64,000 nt of DNA, taken from an uncultured Gammaproteobacteria bacterium. GTDB lineage: Bacteria > Patescibacteriota > Microgenomatia > Levybacterales > UBA12049. Below, one piece after another: positions 34,951 through 44,473 of this stretch (position 1 is the stretch's first letter; each line of letters begins with the position of its first letter). The position numbers were made by a program, and so were the translations under genes. The stretch is from positions 155,575 through 219,574 of the forward strand of contig CAZCYO010000003.1 in NCBI GenBank assembly GCA_964503265.1. Reading direction: 5' to 3'. The notes beneath the pieces were generated by a model. The model saw only the letters and a program-made list of their open reading frames with translations, searched no databases and had not been told where the DNA came from.

Positions 34951-37221
34951 ATGTTTTGGGCAGATAAAGTAGCACAACAATTAAAAGAACGAAATCTTCC
35001 ACTTGAATGGGTGGATGATATGAAAACTCCATCCGGAAGAATCCATGTGGGATCTCTTTTAGGTGTTATTTTTCATGGTTTAGTCTTTAAAGCATTACAA
35101 GATGCGGGTGTAAATACGAAGTATACATATGTTTTTGAGAATCACGATCCGATGGATGATATTCCTTCATATTTATCTCGAGAAAAATTTGAACAGTATC
35201 TTGGTATGCCATTATTTAAGATTCCATCACCTGAGGATGGATTTGTAAATTTTGCAGAATATTATGCGCTCGAATTTAAAAAAGCATTCAATGAACTAGG
35301 GTTTCATCCTGAAATCATATGGACAAAAGATCTTTATACGAGTGGGAAAATGAACGAAGGGATTCGTATCGCACTCGATAACGCAGCAGAAATCAGGAAG
35401 ATTTATGAAGAAATGTATAAAAAACCAATGGCTTCTGATTGGTATCCTTTTCAAGTGTATTGTGAATCATGTGGAAAAGTCTCAACAACAAGAGTTTATG
35501 ACTGGGATGGCGAAAATGTTTCGTATCGATGTTTAGTTGATGCAACAGAATGGACGAAAGGTTGTGGATATGAGGGAAAGGTATCTCCTTTTAGTACTGA
35601 ATCTGGAATGACAGGAAAGCTGACGTGGAAAGTTGATTGGCCTGCTAAATGGCAAGCAATCGGTGTCACCGTTGAAGGGGCTGGCAAAGACCACATGAGT
35701 AAAGGGGGATCTCATGATGTCGCAACACAAGTGTGCGAAAGAGTGCTTAATTATGCTGTTCCTTTTCCAGTAGGGTATGAATTTATGCTTATTGGTGGCA
35801 AAAAAATGTCTTCTTCAAAAGGACGTGGGTTCGCAGCATCGGATATGACAACTATTTTGCCACCAGAGCTTGTACGGTTTTTAATTGTAAAAATGGATCC
35901 ACGTTCGCAAACAAATTTTGATCCAGGTGACGGAGACACAATTCCAAAGCTGTTCGACGAGTATCAAGAATATGCGCGTCATTTTATCGAGAAGAAAGAA
36001 GATGATGAAGCGAGGATTTTTGAACTTTCTCAAATTGATGGCGTGTCAATTCCACCTCTTGATATACGATTCTCTACACTTGCACAGTGGGTTCAAATGC
36101 CTAACATGCAGCAAAAGATTAGCGATTTAGGACTTGAAGAATGGGCAAAATATGCACGAATTTGGATTGAACGATTTGCTCCAGAGAATGAAAAATTCTT
36201 GATTCAAAAAGACCTTCCAAGTACTGTTGCTACCCTTTCTGAACAACAAAAAACATTCATCAAAGCCGTAGCTGACATGTTGGAGGATGAATTAGATGCC
36301 GAAACATTTCAAAAAGCTATCTATGAGAAATCAAAAGAATTGGGCATATCTTCAAAAGACGCATTTGGGGCAATTTATACTGCATTACTTGGAAAAGCTA
36401 ATGGACCTAAAGCTGGGTGGCTAATTCTCTCATTGGATAAAGATTTTGTAAAAAATCGTTTTATAGAAACATCTGAGTCTAAGCTTATTGAACAAGTAGG
36501 AGAGGATATATCGTATGGAAAATTTAATAATCCGGAAATATTTTCAATTGTTTCTGATGTAAAAGAAAAATATCCTAGTTTATCTGTGGGTGTAGCAATT
36601 ATTAGAGGTGTAAATATAAACGAAAAAAATAATGAACTTGAAAAAGAAAAAATGGAATTATTTGCTCGACTGAGTGGACTTACTACAGAAGTAATTAATG
36701 AATATCCGGAAGTGAAAGCGTATCGTACGCTATATAAAGAGATGGGTGTGGATTGGCATTCACGACGACCAAGTCCTGAAGCATTGCTTCGAAGAATTTC
36801 TCAAGGGAAAGACCTATACACTATAAATACCTGTGTTGATGCATACAATCTCGTTGTGATGGATAAAAGAATATCTATTGGAGCCTTTGATTTGGATACA
36901 CTTTCTCTTCCTACTTCGTTACGTTTGGCACGTGAAGGAGAAGAAATCTTGCTCCTTGGGGATAGTGAAGCAACAATATATAAATCATCAGAACTAGCAT
37001 ACTTTGATCAGATCGGGGGATATAATATTGATTTTAATTATCGTGATGCTATACGAACTGCAGTAACAGGTGAAACAAAAAATATTATGTTAAATGTCGA
37101 CGGCGTTTATGGAATTACACCACAGCAAGTTAATGAATCGCTACATCTTGCTGCTAAAAAAATTATTCACTACTGTGGGGGAGAAATTGAGTCGATAGGT
37201 GTCGTAACTGCTACTGACTAA
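34951..37221 (+). CDS. lysS: Class I lysyl-tRNA synthetase (LysK-type) fused to a C-terminal PheT-type B3/4 domain
   Basis: The N-terminal ~520 aa have the HIGH-like PSGRIHVGSL, class-I LysRS zinc-knuckle Cys residues (CESCGK...CLVDATEWTKGCGY) and KMSSSKG. The C-terminal ~230 aa carry IGAFDLDTL...LRLAREGEEILLLGDSE...LAYFDQIGGY, the B3/4 consensus. Confidence 0.8.
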   Translation: MFWADKVAQQLKERNLPLEWVDDMKTPSGRIHVGSLLGVIFHGLVFKALQDAGVNTKYTYVFENHDPMDDIPSYLSREKFEQYLGMPLFKIPSPEDGFVNFAEYYALEFKKAFNELGFHPEIIWTKDLYTSGKMNEGIRIALDNAAEIRKIYEEMYKKPMASDWYPFQVYCESCGKVSTTRVYDWDGENVSYRCLVDATEWTKGCGYEGKVSPFSTESGMTGKLTWKVDWPAKWQAIGVTVEGAGKDHMSKGGSHDVATQVCERVLNYAVPFPVGYEFMLIGGKKMSSSKGRGFAASDMTTILPPELVRFLIVKMDPRSQTNFDPGDGDTIPKLFDEYQEYARHFIEKKEDDEARIFELSQIDGVSIPPLDIRFSTLAQWVQMPNMQQKISDLGLEEWAKYARIWIERFAPENEKFLIQKDLPSTVATLSEQQKTFIKAVADMLEDELDAETFQKAIYEKSKELGISSKDAFGAIYTALLGKANGPKAGWLILSLDKDFVKNRFIETSESKLIEQVGEDISYGKFNNPEIFSIVSDVKEKYPSLSVGVAIIRGVNINEKNNELEKEKMELFARLSGLTTEVINEYPEVKAYRTLYKEMGVDWHSRRPSPEALLRRISQGKDLYTINTCVDAYNLVVMDKRISIGAFDLDTLSLPTSLRLAREGEEILLLGDSEATIYKSSELAYFDQIGGYNIDFNYRDAIRTAVTGETKNIMLNVDGVYGITPQQVNESLHLAAKKIIHYCGGEIESIGVVTATD

Positions 37222-37270
37222 TCGTTTGTAAATCATAACTATTCTTGCTAAGATAGGGTCTCTTAGGTGT

Positions 37271-38116
37271 ATGAAACGAACTTTTTTCATTATTCTTCCC
37301 TCTCTTATCCTTGCGTTGATCTTATTTCTGGTATATCAACTGTTTTTTAATAAAAATACTGGAAAAGGTGCATTACAGGTTACTGCCTCACCTGAAAGTA
37401 AATTATACTTAAATGGGAAATTTATTGGCCAGACCCCTTTTCCTAAATCAGAAGGTCAAAATATTTTTGCATCTGGTGACTACTCCTTACGTATTATTCC
37501 AAATGACACGAATTATCAAGCGTATGAAGAAAAAATTACCATTACGCGATCTACATTAACGGTTGTTGATCGTAAATTTGGTGAGTCTGGAGTCGCTGAA
37601 GGAAGTGTTATATCATTAGTGCCATTACCAAACCAGAAAGAAATTCAGTTACTTGTTCTTTCATTTCCTGAAAAAGCGAGTGTTTTTGTTGATTCCAATA
37701 TGGTCGGTACGACACCACTGTTACTTAAAGATTTAACACAGTCAGATCATAAATTAAAAATAAAAGCGGATGGTTATAGGGAAAAACTTATACCAATTAG
37801 AACTCCTGAAGGATATAAATTACAGGTTGTAGCTTATTTGGGAATTGATACTGACATTGCTCCTACTCCAACTATTGCTTCTCCATCTGCAACCCCAACA
37901 CCTACTGGTATAGCTAAGAAAATAACAATACTTAAAACCCCAACTGGTTATCTACGAGTACATGTCGATGCCACTATCAGTGGAGCAGAGATTGGTCGAG
38001 TTAGCCCGGGTGAAGTGTATACAATCGTAGATGAAAAAAAGGATTGGTTTGCAATTACGTTATCTGATGGAAAAATTGGATGGGTTAGTTCAGATTATGC
38101 TAAAGTTCAAGAGTAA
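37271..38116 (+). CDS. Membrane-anchored PEGA-domain / SH3b-domain surface protein
   Basis: An N-terminal TM helix. Two PEGA-like beta domains (PESKLYLNGKFIGQTPF, ASVFVDSNMVGTTPLLLKDL), a Pro/Thr linker, then a C-terminal SH3b (GYLRVHVDATISGAEIGRVSPGEVYTIVDEKKDWFAITLSDGKIGWVSSDY). Confidence 0.6.
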   Translation: MKRTFFIILPSLILALILFLVYQLFFNKNTGKGALQVTASPESKLYLNGKFIGQTPFPKSEGQNIFASGDYSLRIIPNDTNYQAYEEKITITRSTLTVVDRKFGESGVAEGSVISLVPLPNQKEIQLLVLSFPEKASVFVDSNMVGTTPLLLKDLTQSDHKLKIKADGYREKLIPIRTPEGYKLQVVAYLGIDTDIAPTPTIASPSATPTPTGIAKKITILKTPTGYLRVHVDATISGAEIGRVSPGEVYTIVDEKKDWFAITLSDGKIGWVSSDYAKVQE

Positions 38117-38117
38117 G

Positions 38118-39071
38118 TTACCCTGCTTGCTGAATAATATAAATTATTCCTATAACTAAAATAATCCATGAAATGACCGTGGCTAGAAGTGGTTTATCTG
38201 ATAATAATACTTTCTCTGGGCTTTCGCCTTCGTGTTTCTCATAAATATCTTGCAAGTATCGCATAAGTCCATAAACCACTGGAATAATTGTGATCATCAG
38301 CCATTTGCGCTGAAATGTTTGTGGAAGAAATTCAGGTAAAAATAATTCATTAGTTACCGTTAGCCCGTTTCCGTTCTCGACAAATGTAAAAAGAGCATAA
38401 GAAATAAATGTTGATGTTGCAAAAATTGATGCGTAAACGTCAAGTAATCTTTCTGAATAATGAGATAGTGTCAGTCTCGTTTGAGCAATTTGTTCACTTT
38501 TATATGTAGATAGAAGGGTTAGTTCAGAACGTCTTTTACCAATAGCAAGAAATAGTGACAGCGAAATAGTCGTTAGAAGTAACCACACGGAAGTATGTGA
38601 CCCAACTGCTAACGTTTCTCCAGCATAAACACGAAGGATATATCCTGCTGCGACAATTAAGATATCTATTACAGCGATATGCTTCAATACTATTGAATAA
38701 GAGAATTGCATAAGAATATAGATGACTGCAATTGCTAAAAATGATGCAGAAATAAAGTAACTAAAAAATAGTGAACCAGTAGTTAAAATAACCGCGAGGA
38801 TAATTGCAATAGGAATTGGGATATCCCCGTTTGCTAATGGTCGGAATCGTTTAAATGGGTGTTTTTTATCTTTTTCAACATCAAAAACATCATTAATTAT
38901 ATAAATAGCACTTGATAAAGCACAAAGAATAAGAAATCCATATATTACTTTCGGTAGAATATCTAGGTTAAACAAGTCTCCGTTAAAAGTAAGTGCGGCA
39001 AAAATTGCAAGGTTTTTAATCCATTGTCGAGGTCGAAGTAGTCTTAGAAAATCACGTAATGTCTTTTTCAT
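38118..39071 (-). CDS. UbiA-family prenyltransferase, decaprenyl-phosphate phosphoribosyltransferase (DPPR synthase)-like
   Basis: MKKTLRDFLRLLRPRQWIKN is the characteristic DPPR-synthase N-terminus. NDVFDVEKDKKHP is the Asp-rich motif. There are 8-9 TM helices. Confidence 0.7.
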   Translation of the reverse strand: MKKTLRDFLRLLRPRQWIKNLAIFAALTFNGDLFNLDILPKVIYGFLILCALSSAIYIINDVFDVEKDKKHPFKRFRPLANGDIPIPIAIILAVILTTGSLFFSYFISASFLAIAVIYILMQFSYSIVLKHIAVIDILIVAAGYILRVYAGETLAVGSHTSVWLLLTTISLSLFLAIGKRRSELTLLSTYKSEQIAQTRLTLSHYSERLLDVYASIFATSTFISYALFTFVENGNGLTVTNELFLPEFLPQTFQRKWLMITIIPVVYGLMRYLQDIYEKHEGESPEKVLLSDKPLLATVISWIILVIGIIYIIQQAG

Positions 39072-40137
39072 TTGAATAACGCGCCATAAGATGTAAGAAG
39101 AGTAATCCTCCTCCTGTAATTATTCCTACCATAATAATAGCAAATAATTTACTCTTACTTTCAAGCGTTAAAGAAACTAGCCCCAATATAGCAGAAATAC
39201 ACCAGTAAAACAACGCAATTTGACGTTGTGAATAGCCTAGATCAAGGAGTAAGTGATGGAGATGTTTGTTATCACCAAAAAATGGATTTTTTCCTTGAAT
39301 TATTCGTCTAAAAATAGTAAATATTGCATCAGCTGTAGGTATCCCCATGACTAATAGTGCTGTTGCTAGTTTACTACTGGATAAAATAGCTGTAACTGCA
39401 ACAAGTAAGTACATTGCAGTAGCTCCATATCCTGGGAAAATTTTTGCAGGATGAAAATTAAAAATAAGAAATCCAAGCATTGCTCCAGCAATAATGAAGG
39501 CAAGTGTGGCATCAGTAATTACTGCTTCATTTTCGAGTGGAAAACGTAGACTCAATAGCCCGATAGTAAGCGATGAAATTATTACAATCCCAGGCATTTG
39601 TCCGTCAACTCCCTTACTCCAATTAAGCATAGTCATTACCCAAATTATCCAAAGAACAGAAATTATTTGTGAGAGGGGAAATTGAATATGAAAAAAACTA
39701 GGGATAAGTTGATCAAAATAGAGAACACCACCAAATGGACTTGTAATAAACGGTATGCTAATTCCACTTCCCACTACAATAACTGCACAGATAACTGTTA
39801 CTAAAAAGCGAAGATATGGAGAAACATCTTTTGAATTTGCATTCAATCGATCGTCAATAACACCAATTATAAGTGCTAACAAGCACGCCATGAATATAGC
39901 AATTGTAATTTGATTAATGGGGAGGAATAATAAGCCTGAAATAAAAACTCCAATGAAAAGAGGAATTCCACCTCCTCGTGGAATTGGTTTTGTGTGGATA
40001 ATCGCTGGGTGAATATGTGATTTTGGATCGTCAAATAGCCCCATTTTTTTTATAAGGGGAAGAAGTAATGGGACTGCTATCGTTGTAACAAAGAATGCTG
40101 TAAAAAATGCTAAGAAAAGAGACCAGTTTATCATCAT
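39052..40137 (-). CDS. Polyprenyl-phosphate N-acetylhexosamine-1-phosphate transferase (WecA/MraY family, GT4 fold)
   Basis: A polytopic protein with the DDxxN-type GVIDDRLNANS motif, the HLHHLLL loop and ~10 TM helices. Confidence 0.7.
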   Translation of the reverse strand: MMINWSLFLAFFTAFFVTTIAVPLLLPLIKKMGLFDDPKSHIHPAIIHTKPIPRGGGIPLFIGVFISGLLFLPINQITIAIFMACLLALIIGVIDDRLNANSKDVSPYLRFLVTVICAVIVVGSGISIPFITSPFGGVLYFDQLIPSFFHIQFPLSQIISVLWIIWVMTMLNWSKGVDGQMPGIVIISSLTIGLLSLRFPLENEAVITDATLAFIIAGAMLGFLIFNFHPAKIFPGYGATAMYLLVAVTAILSSSKLATALLVMGIPTADAIFTIFRRIIQGKNPFFGDNKHLHHLLLDLGYSQRQIALFYWCISAILGLVSLTLESKSKLFAIIMVGIITGGGLLFLHLMARYSNEKDIT

Positions 40138-40487
40138 AGTAAGAGTTGAGTTATGCGAAAAATAAATATGAATGTCGTAATACTAACAATAATTGAGGTA
40201 ATTGTCAGTATGCGAGAAATAAGTGGCATCGCGTTGTAAAGCATTTTTGATAAAACAATATTTGTTCCAAAAATAAGAATCATATAAAAAAAAGGGAGGA
40301 AAATTCCCACTTTTGCTCCAAGTCTTTCTACTCCCCACGGAAGCTGGTTAAAAATTGGGATAAATGGAGGAAGGAATCGGTAAACAAAACCAAGGTAGAT
40401 TATCGAAATCACCACAAAGAAGATTGTCACGAATGAACCGTACCAAATAATTTTATCTCCTTTAATGTCTTTAATAAATTCTTTCAT
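40134..40487 (-). CDS. Small hypothetical membrane protein
   Basis: Four predicted TM segments. It is translationally coupled (4-bp overlap) to the WecA-like gene and lies between two glycosyltransferase genes. Confidence 0.4.
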   Translation of the reverse strand: MKEFIKDIKGDKIIWYGSFVTIFFVVISIIYLGFVYRFLPPFIPIFNQLPWGVERLGAKVGIFLPFFYMILIFGTNIVLSKMLYNAMPLISRILTITSIIVSITTFIFIFRITQLLL

Positions 40488-42006
40488 AGATTGCAGAATC
40501 TTTTATCGTTATCATATAGTGATACTTTGTGAGTGAAAAAGGTTTTTCTTTTTCATCAGGAAGAATCACTATAAATGCTGGATTAATCTTTTGAAGTAAT
40601 ACATTTGTTTCATCAAATGTTTTTTTATTATACGCGATATGGTACGCTACTGTATATTTAACAGGAGGAATCTTGTTTGCTAAAACATAGATTTGCGCAC
40701 TATTTCCCCAAATAAAAAGATCTTCATTTGGTTTTACAATTGTTCTAATATATTCTGCGACAGCGTAATCTCTTGGGACATTTTTATCAAAATATTTCTG
40801 ATATTCTTCTGTAGATTTATGGTTAGTTATATAAGAAATAAAGTTGGGGTAGTAGGTAAATGGATTTTTGGTCCATGTAGTTTGGAAATAAAAAAATAAA
40901 AACATAACAAATGATCCAATAAATGCTAAAACCGATTTTCTATTTTTTGTAATCGCGTATCCGAATATAAGACAAGCTACAGGAGTAAGTAGTAATAAAT
41001 AGTGTGGGTATGGACGATTCGAGAAAAAAGTACTATAAAGTGAGAACAATAGCCAAATACAGAGTAATTGAGCTTCAAATAATAATGATTTTCTTTTAAT
41101 AAATAATAATCCTAATGAAAATCCAAGAATAATAGTTCGTAACACTAGTAGTCCTTGGGGAATTATAAAATCATTATTATATCCGACGTAGTTAATATTT
41201 CCTAAAAATACTGATCCTAAAAAAAGAGTTAGTTCACCTTTAATTAAAAAATAGATTGTATATAGTAACATTGGGATAATAAAGCCACTGATTATTGGAA
41301 TAATAAGCGAAAACAAATGGTTAAGAGTTTTCTTCCAATAGGTTGTTGCTATCTGTCTTTGTGTTGGAACAATAAAAAAAAGTAAGATTGTACAAATCGT
41401 AGCCAAATCAAATAGTGCTAGTATCTTTATAGTAAAACTTATTCCAAGAAGAAAACCAGTGAACAATAGTAAGCGACTCTCTTTTGTTTTCCAAATTATT
41501 TGTTTCCAGTGGAGTAGGTCTGGTGGTGTTTTTTCAAGAAAGCTTTTCCTGTTAAGATAGACGATAAGTACTGCACTAGTTGCGGGGAAAAGCATAAAGT
41601 TTTCTGCGTTAGCAATATTTCCTTCAAGAATAGGAGTACCAAATAAAAATATAAATAGTGAACTTGCTAAAATACTTACTTTAGTGCTTTTAAGTATATT
41701 TATACAAAGATAAAAAAAGACTAGTAATGTGAGTACTCCAATAATAAGAGAGAAAAAACGAATTTGAAATTGGTTTGCATCAAAGAAAGCATATAGGTAA
41801 TAAAGAGTTGGTGGTTTATTGTCCCACGCACCCACATAGAGTAATTTACCTGCTCTTAGAGCCCTCCCAATTGCTTGATATATACCCTCGTCTCCGTACC
41901 AGTTAGGTTCAAAAAGAGAAGGAAATCTCGTGAGGAAAAAAACGAAGGATAGAAAGAGTGCAACCCAAACATCTTTCTGTTTTTCTAAGTATGATACTAT
42001 TCTCAT
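40471..42006 (-). CDS. GT-C-fold glycosyltransferase, ArnT/PMT (GT39/GT83)-like
   Basis: The N-terminal loop NWYGDEGIYQAIGRALRAGKLLYVGAWDNKPPTLYY is typical of the ArnT/PMT family. There are 11 or more TM helices. Confidence 0.6.
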   Translation of the reverse strand: MRIVSYLEKQKDVWVALFLSFVFFLTRFPSLFEPNWYGDEGIYQAIGRALRAGKLLYVGAWDNKPPTLYYLYAFFDANQFQIRFFSLIIGVLTLLVFFYLCINILKSTKVSILASSLFIFLFGTPILEGNIANAENFMLFPATSAVLIVYLNRKSFLEKTPPDLLHWKQIIWKTKESRLLLFTGFLLGISFTIKILALFDLATICTILLFFIVPTQRQIATTYWKKTLNHLFSLIIPIISGFIIPMLLYTIYFLIKGELTLFLGSVFLGNINYVGYNNDFIIPQGLLVLRTIILGFSLGLLFIKRKSLLFEAQLLCIWLLFSLYSTFFSNRPYPHYLLLLTPVACLIFGYAITKNRKSVLAFIGSFVMFLFFYFQTTWTKNPFTYYPNFISYITNHKSTEEYQKYFDKNVPRDYAVAEYIRTIVKPNEDLFIWGNSAQIYVLANKIPPVKYTVAYHIAYNKKTFDETNVLLQKINPAFIVILPDEKEKPFSLTKYHYMITIKDSAIYERIY

Positions 42007-43496
42007 ATTTTCTCAGTCACTTTATATTCCATACGTTTTCCAAACATGAGTTGGGTATGAGAAATAAGCGCTGGGAGTGCAGAGAGGAAAAATCCAATAA
42101 GCGGCATGAGGATAAATTCAAAAGGGAAAATAAGTTTACGATACCACGGAAGAATTATGTGAGAGGGTCGATTCTTATAATCAATATAAATCAAAAGGAC
42201 TATTGCTATTAATCCAAATGTTAAAATCGAACCTGCGAGACGTGGAAGCATAAGACCAAGAGATGTTCTTGAGAATACTGGATTTACGAGCGGTATTATA
42301 TTTGCAGCAGCAGTAATAATAAACCAGTGAACGGGCCATAAGACGTGATCCATAAGAACCATACTAAGAAGCACTGTTTTTCTCATAAATGGTACATCTG
42401 GAATTGTTAACCACCACTTAATAAATAACGGTTGGTCTGATACTCCCCATGACCAACGTCGTTCTTGATCATACCGACTTTTAAGGCTATTAATATATCC
42501 ATGAGATTGAACTGCGTCGAGTGATGTTTTAAGAAAAATAGGTTCTACCCAGACTTGCCCCTTCATAGCATAGAAAGCTTTAAAGAAAATACGATAATCC
42601 TCTGGAATAACATCAACATCCCAGAACCCGACCCCATGCATTAGCTTCATTGAAGTTGAGTAGGTAGCGTGTGTTAAACACTTATCTCCTTGAATGAGGA
42701 GGGCTGTGCGGTATAGCCCACCAAAAAATGAAATAATTCGTGTTGGAGCTGGAACTTGCCACATGTTATTATAAAAAACGATCGCAGACTGCCAGAATTT
42801 GTTATACGGCTTCTCATCAGTCAAGAATAAATAGGTTAAATTAGCAAAATATTCCTTATCGAAAATAGAATCTGCGTCGACTGATGAAATTGTTCCATAA
42901 TTAATGTCGAGATTTCCTTCTTCAAAAAGAATTCGATACGCTTCACGGCCTGCGTATGACTCATTCGATGATTTTCCCTTTACTTCTCCTAATACATCTG
43001 GGTGAAAGGTGGCGTTAATTGAACCAAATTGTCCTTCAAACGCTTTCATTATTTCAATTGCTTTTTCTTGAACGTTTTCTTCACGCTCTTCCATTCCAAG
43101 TACGATATGGAGGTATTTGAGTGGTAATGATTGATGAGAAAGGGCGGAAAGTGTTTTTGACAATTTTTCTTTTGATTCTTTATATGTTGGTATTATTAAT
43201 ACATGATGAACATCATCGAAGTGTGGGAGATCTTTACTTTTTTCATACCAATTTGTTGCTTCAGATTCTTTAATTTTTCGAGAAGCAATAAAAGCTGTCG
43301 CAACGAGAGAAAATGATTTATAAAACCAATAAACATCAAAAAAGAGAATAAAATATGCTAGAAGTGTTGGCATGAGAAGTGCTCCCCAGACTGGTAGTGA
43401 AATCAGTGTCCAGGACATAATTCCTGGCAGCATTTCTAGAAACCTACGTGTTTTAATTGGGTATCTGGTAAAGAGTTTCTGAAAAAAAGAAATCAT
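42003..43496 (-). CDS. Family 2 glycosyltransferase, membrane-embedded (processive synthase-like)
   Basis: VLIIPTYKESKEKLSKTLSALSHQ (GT-A DxD region), SVDADSIF and the QxxRW motif (QERRWSWG), flanked by TM helices. Confidence 0.7.
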   Translation of the reverse strand: MISFFQKLFTRYPIKTRRFLEMLPGIMSWTLISLPVWGALLMPTLLAYFILFFDVYWFYKSFSLVATAFIASRKIKESEATNWYEKSKDLPHFDDVHHVLIIPTYKESKEKLSKTLSALSHQSLPLKYLHIVLGMEEREENVQEKAIEIMKAFEGQFGSINATFHPDVLGEVKGKSSNESYAGREAYRILFEEGNLDINYGTISSVDADSIFDKEYFANLTYLFLTDEKPYNKFWQSAIVFYNNMWQVPAPTRIISFFGGLYRTALLIQGDKCLTHATYSTSMKLMHGVGFWDVDVIPEDYRIFFKAFYAMKGQVWVEPIFLKTSLDAVQSHGYINSLKSRYDQERRWSWGVSDQPLFIKWWLTIPDVPFMRKTVLLSMVLMDHVLWPVHWFIITAAANIIPLVNPVFSRTSLGLMLPRLAGSILTFGLIAIVLLIYIDYKNRPSHIILPWYRKLIFPFEFILMPLIGFFLSALPALISHTQLMFGKRMEYKVTEKI

Positions 43497-43592
43497 AGAT
43501 AAATTAAAAGTTTAAAATGAAAAATGTAAAGTTAGTAGTACTAAATAATATAATTATCAAGCAACTTTTAACTTCACACTGTTAAATTTTAA

Positions 43593-44471
43593 CTAGCTTA
43601 GTTTCGTGAATACAGTATGGACGTTTTTTGTTGTTTGTTCAACCAGGGTTTCAAACGACACACCTTTTATTTGTGCTAAAAATTCTCCTACAATTATAAC
43701 ATGACTTGGTTCGTTGCGAGTTCCCCTGAATGGTTCAGGGGTAAGATATGGACTATCTGTTTCAGTTACAATTCTATCTAATGGAGTAAGTTTGGCTAGT
43801 TCAGATAATTCTTCAGTTTCACCTCGTGCAACACCCTTATAGGTAATGTTCCCATCAAATCCAATATAAAATCCCAGATCAAGAGCTTGTTTTAAAAAAT
43901 CTTTACTACCTGCAAAACAGTGAAACATACCAGGGACTGGGAGAAGCAAGTTTTTGTGATGAGTTAAAATATCGATAAGTTCTTGTCCGACCTGCCGATG
44001 ATGGATTTGAAGAGGAAGTTTGAGTCTGTGTGCTAGATCTATTTGTGCTTCAAATACCTCTCTTTGACGTATGGGATCAACAACGCCATTTGATGCATAA
44101 CTGTAATAGTCCATACCGATTTCACCAATGCCGATGACTTTTGGGTGAGTAGCTATTATTTCTAGTTCTTTAATCCAATTACTTTTTGTCATGCTGGCTT
44201 TTCCAGAATCTACATTTTGGAGTCTGGAAAAGTCGTTTCTTTCCAGAATGACATCTTCCTCATCTACCTTGTCCGCGTGATGGGGATGGACTCCGACTAT
44301 GGCATAGAGGTCTTCGTATTGTTCTGCAAGTTTTACTGCCCACTGACTTGTTTCAATGGATGTTCCGACATTAACGATATTCGATACGCCTTTCTCGCGA
44401 GCACGCTTAATTACTTCATCGTAATCAGTTTCAAATTTATGAAAATTTAAATGGCAATGGATATCAATCAT
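43593..44471 (-). CDS. tatD: TatD-family metal-dependent hydrolase/DNase
   Basis: MIDIHCHLNF, VGVHPHH, IGEIGMDYY and QIHHRQ are TatD TIM-barrel metal ligands. Confidence 0.9.
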   Translation of the reverse strand: MIDIHCHLNFHKFETDYDEVIKRAREKGVSNIVNVGTSIETSQWAVKLAEQYEDLYAIVGVHPHHADKVDEEDVILERNDFSRLQNVDSGKASMTKSNWIKELEIIATHPKVIGIGEIGMDYYSYASNGVVDPIRQREVFEAQIDLAHRLKLPLQIHHRQVGQELIDILTHHKNLLLPVPGMFHCFAGSKDFLKQALDLGFYIGFDGNITYKGVARGETEELSELAKLTPLDRIVTETDSPYLTPEPFRGTRNEPSHVIIVGEFLAQIKGVSFETLVEQTTKNVHTVFTKLS

Positions 44472-44473
44472 AT

